A DNA stretch of 64,000 nucleotides from Yuukianura sp. NJ FZ-2021 (Eukaryota), in NCBI GenBank assembly GCA_046563655.1, contig CM102285.1, positions 6,572,001-6,636,000 on the forward strand, read 5' to 3'. The notes under the pieces are model-generated. The model was given only the letters and a program-made list of their open reading frames with translations, had not been told where the DNA came from and made no database searches. Positions 10,735 through 19,500 of this stretch are shown here, piece after piece. Numbering within the stretch: position 1 is the stretch's first letter; every line of letters begins with the position of its first letter. Position numbers and translations under genes: made by a program.

Positions 10735-12148
10735 TGTAAACCCTGCCCGTTCCCGCGCTGACCTTGTCCCAAACTTTAACTCAATTCCCCGTGTGTCCAA
10801 TTCAAAGAAAAGTCGAGTGGTTTCTCGTAAATGCCGTAAAATTCCAATTTCCCCAGAAGAGTTCCTTAAGTCCGTCCAACTCTTTGACAAACGTTCCAAA
10901 CAGTGTTCAAACTTCGTCCCTGCCCCTAACTGTCCTTCCCCTTTGGTCGTTGGGAAAACAAAACCTCAACCTAAGCCGAGACATTCTCGGTTATGTTCCC
11001 ATGCCCCCACTGCTCCACCCCCAGCTCACTCAGACCAAGTCGTTCCAGCTCCCTCCGATCCAGAGTCTGGTCCGGTTCTCAATTGTGCTCTAGTTCCATG
11101 TGATACTAATGACCCCACCCCGATTTGCGACCCGAATGTCCCCATTGACGCCAAACAGAACTGCTCTACAGGTCCAACTGATCAAGATGGCCCCACTCAA
11201 CTTCTGAAACCGAATGGCACTTACGCTCCTGCTGTGATTGGCCCCTTTATGAAGAATGTATTGTTTGGCCCTATTGACCCAGAATCTGCGCATGGTCCTG
11301 ATGTACTGAATATGTTGTATGGCCCCACTGAGATGAACACGTTAACAGGCCCTATTGTCTTGAATTCGTTGAATGGCCCGACTGTCCCGATGATATTTAA
11401 TGGCCCGAATGTTGTGACTGAGGAAAATGGCCCCTCAGACTCAGATGCCGCAATTGGTTTTTCCAGTTGTGTTGACCCAATTGCCCCAAATAGCTCAACT
11501 GATCTCCCTGATTGTGTTCCGGTTCCAATTGGTCCAATTTCCCATGCTCTGAGTTTGTCATGTCCCCCCGTTGATCCCACCGTTAATGCCGTTTCCCTTG
11601 GAAGCATCCATTTCCAGCAAGAGAACCTTGTTTCTCCAGTTCCAGATCCGTCTAAAGCTCTAGACAAGTGTTCTAGTCAGCTTTCCACTTCCCCTAGCTG
11701 GTCCAAAATGCCAGTTCCCCCGAAACCTTGTTTCGATGTCGGAGTTGATCCCTACCAGTTTTACAACAGTTCAATTTTGTATCTTGACTCCAAATTTCCC
11801 AGTTCCCGTTATTCGGATCGCGGAGCTCTGCTTGTAGAGTTACTACACCCTAAATTTCGGCATCTTTTTCCTGTTTACGCAGAGACGGACGCAACAGTTT
11901 TGCGCCGTTTGGTCCTTCTCTCCCGATTCTTGCCAAAAATGCCCACGTACGAATCCTGGATAGCTATGATGACGAAGGAGAAATTACCATGTCCCCCTCC
12001 ACGTCCCGGATTCGACTTATCCTCCAGTTTTGATGTCAAGCCCAACGCTGCGAACAACGTTTTGGTGCGTTCGAAGTTCTCCCGAAGTTCCTCCCGGTCG
12101 TCGCGCAACTCTGGACACACTTCAACTACGTCAACGCTACTGTTTTGA
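10703..12148 (+). CDS. ORF2 of the LTR element: unknown Pro/Ser-rich protein in the pol position, probably expressed as a Gag-fusion; the 3' end may be frameshifted
   Basis: 481 open codons in the -1 frame relative to ORF1. No aspartic protease D(T/S)G, RT YxDD, RNase H or integrase motif is visible. It has 9-aa GP repeats and a globular-looking segment (~11730-12000). Confidence 0.65.
   Translation: MMQVRQPQDPVVNPARSRADLVPNFNSIPRVSNSKKSRVVSRKCRKIPISPEEFLKSVQLFDKRSKQCSNFVPAPNCPSPLVVGKTKPQPKPRHSRLCSHAPTAPPPAHSDQVVPAPSDPESGPVLNCALVPCDTNDPTPICDPNVPIDAKQNCSTGPTDQDGPTQLLKPNGTYAPAVIGPFMKNVLFGPIDPESAHGPDVLNMLYGPTEMNTLTGPIVLNSLNGPTVPMIFNGPNVVTEENGPSDSDAAIGFSSCVDPIAPNSSTDLPDCVPVPIGPISHALSLSCPPVDPTVNAVSLGSIHFQQENLVSPVPDPSKALDKCSSQLSTSPSWSKMPVPPKPCFDVGVDPYQFYNSSILYLDSKFPSSRYSDRGALLVELLHPKFRHLFPVYAETDATVLRRLVLLSRFLPKMPTYESWIAMMTKEKLPCPPPRPGFDLSSSFDVKPNAANNVLVRSKFSRSSSRSSRNSGHTSTTSTLLF
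11240..11434 (+). repeat. Degenerate 27-bp coding repeat (8 x Gly-Pro at 9-aa period)
   Basis: GGN-CCN codon pairs start at 11240, 11267, 11294, 11321, 11348, 11375, 11402 and 11429. Confidence 0.9.
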
Positions 12149-12160
12149 GGAGATTGAATT

Positions 12161-13354
12161 ATGTTGCTGCTCAGCTCTGTTGGACTTAGCAGAGTTCCCT
12201 GTCCCTCTGTTCCAGCTTCAAAACCAAAGCTGCAAGTCCAGAAACAAGTTCCAGCCAAGGTCGTCTCGCTTATGGATTTGCAGTTCCCTGATGGACCCCC
12301 AAAACCCCCCATAGCTGATCATTCTGGATCCAGTTCCCTCTCCGTTTTGGCTCGTGACATGTCAAAAGTCACTCTGAACCCTCAAACTCCCCAAAACCCT
12401 GGACTCAGCACTTCTTCACGATCGGCTGCACCAATTCGGATCCTCACTCGTCCAAATCGTCCAGCTCCGTACCCTAATCGTCCCCCATTGGCTCAAAATT
12501 CGGCTCCAGCATCATTAATTCGGCCTCTTCCTTCAATTTCCCGCCAAAATTTGGTCTCCGTTTCCTCTGCTCCCCAAGCTCCAGCATTTGCCCCAGCTTC
12601 TTCAGTTCTCTCAGCCTTATCGGTTCCCACAGCCACTTCCGGTTCCATCACTCTCCCCATTTCGGCAGCAGCGCTCAGCAACACGTCCAGTCACCGACGG
12701 TTCCCCCTGGACTCATTCCAATTCACGCCTACGTTCCAGCCAACGCAACGTCAGTCACTGTTACGTGGAATACCACCCAGGAATCGTCAAACGCTGCTCC
12801 TGATCCCCCAGCTCCTGCACAAGGACGTTTTCCCCCAGCTCCTGCACAAGGACGTTTGCCCCAAGCCCCAAATCGCCAGCAGCGTAGAGCTCGTTGGTGG
12901 GCAGAGAACTCTGCCAATTGTCCACCTCCACCGAAGAAAAATCACCCCAAGGATCTTCCAGCACCGTCCCAATAGCTCCCCGAATCGCTCCGGAGTTCCT
13001 CGGCTTGTCGCCGTGGCGGCTCCTCGGTCGTTGGGAATCTGTGGGGAGGTATCCCCACAAACCCCTCTCAAAGCCTATATGGTTCCCTCGTCCTCCTCCG
13101 CTTCCCCCCAACAGCAGCAGCACAACAAGCCAATCGTCCCCTTAGTGCCAGAACACCAGTCCACTCAGCAGCCAATCACAATCGCCGAGGATTGCATCAG
13201 CCAACTTCCCTGCAGCTCCTTCTGGCAGTTTCATCTTCTTCCTCCTCCACACGGTCCACAACAACAACTCACCAGAAGAGGACCTCGTCACTTCAGCTCC
13301 CAGTATCCGCCATCTTCCTTCTCCGTGTTCTGGACACGCTACTGCCCCACTTGA
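12161..13354 (+). CDS. ORF3 of the LTR element: low-complexity Pro/Ser/Ala-rich frame, likely a continuation of ORF2; the true C-terminus is uncertain
   Basis: Same frame as ORF2, separated by two TGA codons (12146, 12155). As called it runs ~105 codons into the 3' LTR; an alternative frame closes at TAG 12973-12975, before the LTR. Confidence 0.4.
   Translation: MLLLSSVGLSRVPCPSVPASKPKLQVQKQVPAKVVSLMDLQFPDGPPKPPIADHSGSSSLSVLARDMSKVTLNPQTPQNPGLSTSSRSAAPIRILTRPNRPAPYPNRPPLAQNSAPASLIRPLPSISRQNLVSVSSAPQAPAFAPASSVLSALSVPTATSGSITLPISAAALSNTSSHRRFPLDSFQFTPTFQPTQRQSLLRGIPPRNRQTLLLIPQLLHKDVFPQLLHKDVCPKPQIASSVELVGGQRTLPIVHLHRRKITPRIFQHRPNSSPNRSGVPRLVAVAAPRSLGICGEVSPQTPLKAYMVPSSSSASPQQQQHNKPIVPLVPEHQSTQQPITIAEDCISQLPCSSFWQFHLLPPPHGPQQQLTRRGPRHFSSQYPPSSFSVFWTRYCPT
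12804..12857 (+). repeat. Perfect 27-bp tandem duplication
   Basis: TCCCCCAGCTCCTGCACAAGGACGTTT x2 (12804-12830, 12831-12857); frame-preserving. Confidence 0.95.
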
Positions 13355-13588
13355 CCCGGATTTGACCTCGACTGAACTCTGGACAAACCAGGGGATACCT
13401 GGTTGATCGTGCCAGGACCTCTCGACACTTCCACTACAAATTCATTGGCTATTCATACGTAAACGTATCTTTACTTTATTAAAATAAACTAATTGATCAT
13501 TGTAGCCGTGTGTCCCACCGTCCCACCATTTATTGCTGTCGAGTGGCCTTTGAGCCAGTCGTCGGGAAAGTCATCCGACTTCCCCTCA
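13040..13588 (+). repeat. 3' LTR (549 bp)
   Basis: Direct repeat of 8262-8810, AATAAA at 13483-13488, followed by the TSD GCAA. Confidence 0.96.
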
Positions 13589-16500
13589 GCAAATTCGCAA
13601 AATGGCTGTATCTCGAGAAATATGGATTGCCGGTGAAATCTAATTGCAAATTCGGATTCACCGACTTGAAATTGATGTGAGTACACTTTCAAAGGTGGGT
13701 ATTTAGAAAGGTAGTTTTTCTAGAATTTTGTAAGGGGAAAAATTGCTTTGCAAATTCACAAAATGGCTGTATCTCGAGAAATATGGATTTCCGGTGAAAT
13801 CTAATTGCAAATTCGGATTCACCGACTTGAAATTGATGTGAGTACACTTTCAAAGGTGGGTATTTAGAAAGGCAGTTTTTCTAGAATTTTGAAGGGGTTA
13901 AATTGCTCTGCAAATTCACAAAATGGCTGTATCTCGAGAAATATGGATTTCCGGTGAAATCTAATTGCAAATTCGGATTCACCGACTTGAAATTGATGTG
14001 AGTACACTTTCAAAGGTGGACATTTAGAAAGGCAGTTTTTCTAGAATTTTGTAACGGGAAAAATTGCTCTGCAAATTCACAAAATGGCTGTATCTCGAGA
14101 AATATGGATTGCCGGTGAAATCTAATTGCAAATTCGGATTCACCGACTTGAAATTGATGTGAGTACACTTTCAAAGGTGGGTATTTAGAAAGGCAGTTTT
14201 TCTAGAATTTTGAAGGGGGTTAGATTGCTCTGCAAATTCACAAAATGGCTGTATCTCGAGAAATATGGATTGCCGGTGAAATCTAATTGCAAATTCGGAT
14301 TCACCGACTTGAAATTGATGTGAGTACACTTTCAAAGGTGGACATTTAGAAAGGTAGTTTTTCTAGAATTTTGTAAGGGGAAAAATTGCTCTGCAAATTC
14401 ACAAAATGGCTGTATCTCGAGAAATATGGATTTCCGGTGAAATCTAATTGCAAATTCGGATTCACCGACTTGAAATTGATGTGAGTACACTTTCAAAGGT
14501 GGGTATTTAGAAAGGCAGTTTTTCTAGAATTTTGAAGGGGAAAAATTGCTCTGCAAATTCACAAAATGGCTGTATCTCGAGAAATATGGATTTCCGGTGA
14601 AATCTAATTGCAAATTCGGATTCACCGACTTGAAATTGATGTGAGTACACTTTCAAAGGTGGGTATTTAGAAAGGCAGTTTTTCTAGAATTTTGAAGGGG
14701 GTTAAATTGCTCTGCAAATTCACAAAATGGCTGTATCTCGAGAAATATGGATTGCCGGTGAAATCTAATTGCAAATTCGGATTCACCGACTTGAAATTGA
14801 TGTGAGTACACTTTCAAAGGTGGGTATTTAGAAAGGTAGTTTTTCTAGAATTTTGTAAGGGGAAAAATTGCTTTGCAAATTCACAAAATGGCTGTATCTC
14901 GAGAAATATGGATTTCCGGTGAAATCTAATTGCAAATTCGGATTCACCGACTTGAAATTGATGTGAGTACACTTTCAAAGGTGGGTATTTAGAAAGGCAG
15001 TTTTTCTAGAATTTTGAAGGGGGTTAAATTGCTCTGCAAATTCACAAAATGGCTGTATCTCGAGAAATATGGATTGCCGGTGAAATCTAATTGCAAATTC
15101 GGATTCACCGACTTGAAATTGATGTGAGTACACTTTCAAAGGTGGGTATTTAGAAAGGCAGTTTTTCTAGAATTTTGTAAGGGGAAAAATTGCTCTGCAA
15201 ATTCACAAAATGGCTGTATCTCGAGAAATATGGATTTCCGGTGAAATCTAATTGCAAATTCGGATTCACCGACTTGAAATTGATGTGAGTACACTTTCAA
15301 AGGTGGGTATTTAGAAAGGCAGTTTTTCTAGAATTTTGAAGGGGTTAAATTGCTCTGCAAATTCACAAAATGGCTGTATCTCGAGAAATATGGATTTCCG
15401 GTGAAATCTAATTGCAAATTCGGATTCACCGACTTGAAATTGATGTGAGTACACTTTCAAAGGTGGGTATTTAGAAAGGCAGTTTTTCTAGAATTTTGAA
15501 GGGGTTAAATTGCTCTGCAAATTCACAAAATGGCTGTATCTCGAGAAATATGGATTTCCGGTGAAATCTAATTGCAAATTCGGATTCACCGACTTGAAAT
15601 TGATGTGAGTACACTTTCAAAGGTGGACATTTAGAAAGGTAGTTTTTCTAGAATTTTGTAAGGGGAAAAATTGCTCTGCAAATTCACAAAATGGCTGTAT
15701 CTCGAGAAATATGGATTGCCGGTGAAATCTAATTGCAAATTCGGATTCACCGACTTGAAATTGATGTGAGTACACTTTCAAAGGTGGGTATTTAGAAAGG
15801 CAGTTTTTCTAGAATTTTGAAGGGGGTTAGATTGCTCTGCAAATTCACAAAATGGCTGTATCTCGAGAAATATGGATTGCCGGTGAAATCTAATTGCAAA
15901 TTCGGATTCACCGACTTGAAATTGATGTGAGTACACTTTCAAAGGTGGACATTTAGAAAGGTAGTTTTTCTAGAATTTTGTAAGGGGAAAAATTGCTCTG
16001 CAAATTCACAAAATGGCTGTATCTCGAGAAATATGGATTTCCGGTGAAATCTAATTGCAAATTCGGATTCACCGACTTGAAATTGATGTGAGTACACTTT
16101 CAAAGGTGGGTATTTAGAAAGGCAGTTTTTCTAGAATTTTGAAGGGGAAAAATTGCTCTGCAAATTCACAAAATGGCTGTATCTCGAGAAATATGGATTT
16201 CCGGTGAAATCTAATTGCAAATTCGGATTCACCGACTTGAAATTGATGTGAGTACACTTTCAAAGGTGGGTATTTAGAAAGGCAGTTTTTCTAGAATTTT
16301 GAAGGGGGTTAAATTGCTCTGCAAATTCACAAAATGGCTGTATCTCGAGAAATATGGATTGCCGGTGAAATCTAATTGCAAATTCGGATTCACCGACTTG
16401 AAATTGATGTGAGTACACTTTCAAAGGTGGACATTTAGAAAGGCAGTTTTTCTAGAATTTTGTAAGGGGAAAAATTGCTCTGCAAATTCACAAAATGGCT

Positions 16501-19500
16501 GTATCTCGAGAAATATGGATTTCCGGTGAAATCTAATTGCAAATTCGGATTCACCGACTTGAAATTGATGTGAGTACACTTTCAAAGGTGGGTATTTAGA
16601 AAGGCAGTTTTTCTAGAATTTTGAAGGGGAAAAATTGCTCTGCAAATTCACAAAATGGCTGTATCTCGAGAAATATGGATTTCCGGTGAAATCTAATTGC
16701 AAATTCGGATTCACCGACTTGAAATTGATGTGAGTACACTTTCAAAGGTGGGTATTTAGAAAGGCAGTTTTTCTAGAATTTTGAAGGGGTTAAATTGCTC
16801 TGCAAATTCACAAAATGGCTGTATCTCGAGAAATATGGATTGCCGGTGAAATCTAATTGCAAATTCGGATTCACCGACTTGAAATTGATGTGAGTACACT
16901 TTCAAAGGTGGGTATTTAGAAAGGCAGTTTTTCTAGAATTTTGTAAGGGGAAAAATTGCTCTGCAAATTCACAAAATGGCTGTATCTCGAGAAATATGGA
17001 TTTCCGGTGAAATCTAATTGCAAATTCGGATTCACCGACTTGAAATTGATGTGAGTACACTTTCAAAGGTGGGTATTTAGAAAGGCAGTTTTTCTAGAAT
17101 TTTGAAGGGGTTAAATTGCTCTGCAAATTCACAAAATGGCTGTATCTCGAGAAATATGGATTGCCGGTGAAATCTAATTGCAAATTCGGATTCACCGACT
17201 TGAAATTGATGTGAGTACACTTTCAAAGGTGGGTATTTAGAAAGGCAGTTTTTCTAGAATTTTGTAAGGGGAAAAATTGCTCTGCAAATTCACAAAATGG
17301 CTGTATCTCGAGAAATATGGATTTCCGGTGAAATCTAATTGCAAATTCGGATTCACCGACTTGAAATTGATGTGAGTACACTTTCAAAGGTGGGTATTTA
17401 GAAAGGCAGTTTTTCTAGAATTTTGAAGGGGGTTAAATTGCTCTGCAAATTCACAAAATGGCTGTATCTCGAGAAATATGGATTTCCGGTGAAATCTAAT
17501 TGCAAATTCGGATTCACCGACTTGAAATTGATGTGAGTACACTTTCAAAGGTGGGTATTTAGAAAGGCAGTTTTTCTAGAATTTTGAAGGGGGTTAAATT
17601 GCTCTGCAAATTCACAAAATGGCTGTATCTCGAGAAATATGGATTTCCGGTGAAATCTAATTGCAAATTCGGATTCACCGACTTGAAATTGATGTGAGTA
17701 CACTTTCAAAGGTGGGTATTTAGAAAGGCAGTTTTTCTAGAATTTTGAAGGGGGTTAAATTGCTCTGCAAATTCACAAAATGGCTGTATCTCGAGAAATA
17801 TGGATTGCCGGTGAAATCTAATTGCAAATTCGGATTCACCGACTTGAAATTGATGTGAGTACACTTTCAAAGGTGGGTATTTAGAAAGGCAGTTTTTCTA
17901 GAATTTTGAAGGGGTTAAATTGCTCTGCAAATTCACAAAATGGCTGTATCTCGAGAAATATGGATTGCCGGTGAAATCTAATTGCAAATTCGGATTCACC
18001 GACTTGAAATTGATGTGAGTACACTTTCAAAGGTGGGTATTTAGAAAGGCAGTTTTTCTAGAATTTTGTAAGGGGAAAAATTGCTCTGCAAATTCACAAA
18101 ATGGCTGTATCTCGAGAAATATGGATTTCCGGTGAAATCTAATTGCAAATTCGGATTCACCGACTTGAAATTGATGTGAGTACACTTTCAAAGGTGGGTA
18201 TTTAGAAAGGCAGTTTTTCTAGAATTTTGAAGGGGAAAAATTGCTCTGCAAATTCACAAAATGGCTGTATCTCGAGAAATATGGATTTCCGGTGAAATCT
18301 AATTGCAAATTCGGATTCACCGACTTGAAATTGATGTGAGTACACTTTCAAAGGTGGGTATTTAGAAAGGCAGTTTTTCTAGAATTTTGAAGGGGTTAAA
18401 TTGCTCTGCAAATTCACAAAATGGCTGTATCTCGAGAAATATGGATTGCCGGTGAAATCTAATTGCAAATTCGGATTCACCGACTTGAAATTGATGTGAG
18501 TACACTTTCAAAGGTGGGTATTTAGAAAGGCAGTTTTTCTAGAATTTTGTAAGGGGAAAAATTGCTCTGCAAATTCACAAAATGGCTGTATCTCGAGAAA
18601 TATGGATTTCCGGTGAAATCTAATTGCAAATTCGGATTCACCGACTTGAAATTGATGTGAGTACACTTTCAAAGGTGGGTATTTAGAAAGGCAGTTTTTC
18701 TAGAATTTTGAAGGGGGTTAAATTGCTCTGCAAATTCACAAAATGGCTGTATCTCGAGAAATATGGATTTCCGGTGAAATCTAATTGCAAATTCGGATTC
18801 ACCGACTTGAAATTGATGTGAGTACACTTTCAAAGGTGGACATTTAGAAAGGCAGTTTTTCTAGAATTTTGTAAGGGGAAAAATTGCTCTGCAAATTCAC
18901 AAAATGGCTGTATCTCGAGAAATATGGATTGCCGGTGAAATCTAATTGCAAATTCGGATTCACCGACTTGAAATTGATGTGAGTACACTTTCAAAGGTGG
19001 GTATTTAGAAAGGCAGTTTTTCTAGAATTTTGAAGGGGGTTAAATTGCTCTGCAAATTCACAAAATGGCTGTATCTCGAGAAATATGGATTGCCGGTGAA
19101 ATCTAATTGCAAATTCGGATTCACCGACTTGAAATTGATGTGAGTACACTTTCAAAGGTGGGTATTTAGAAAGGCAGTTTTTCTAGAATTTTGAAGGGGT
19201 TAAATTGCTCTGCAAATTCACAAAATGGCTGTATCTCGAGAAATATGGATTGCCGGTGAAATCTAATTGCAAATTCGGATTCACCGACTTGAAATTGATG
19301 TGAGTACACTTTCAAAGGTGGACATTTAGAAAGGCAGTTTTTCTAGAATTTTGTAAGGGGAAAAATTGCTCTGCAAATTCACAAAATGGCTGTATCTCGA
19401 GAAATATGGATTTCCGGTGAAATCTAATTGCAAATTCGGATTCACCGACTTGAAATTGATGTGAGTACACTTTCAAAGGTGGGTATTTAGAAAGGCAGTT

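Larger units (their letters stand above)
8262..13588 (+). mobile_element. Non-autonomous LTR retrotransposon (Ty3/Gypsy-like architecture, no recognisable pol), 5327 bp
   Basis: Two 549-bp direct repeats start TG and end CA. A 4-bp TSD GCAA lies at 8258-8261 and 13589-13592; removing the element and one TSD restores an intact satellite monomer. A PBS-like TGG follows the 5' LTR and there is a CCHC zinc-knuckle ORF. Confidence 0.95.

Noticed and set aside
11090..13123. Minus-strand ORFs inside the LTR element
   Set aside because: They are antisense shadows of C-rich, Pro-rich plus-strand coding sequence with no independent evidence.
10703..13354. ORF2/ORF3 as pol or env
   Set aside because: No protease, RT, RNase H or integrase motifs, and no signal peptide, furin site plus fusion peptide or transmembrane anchor are visible.
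13489..13692. ORF spanning the LTR-satellite junction
   Set aside because: It is a chance frame across the insertion junction; satellite monomers elsewhere give no long ORFs.
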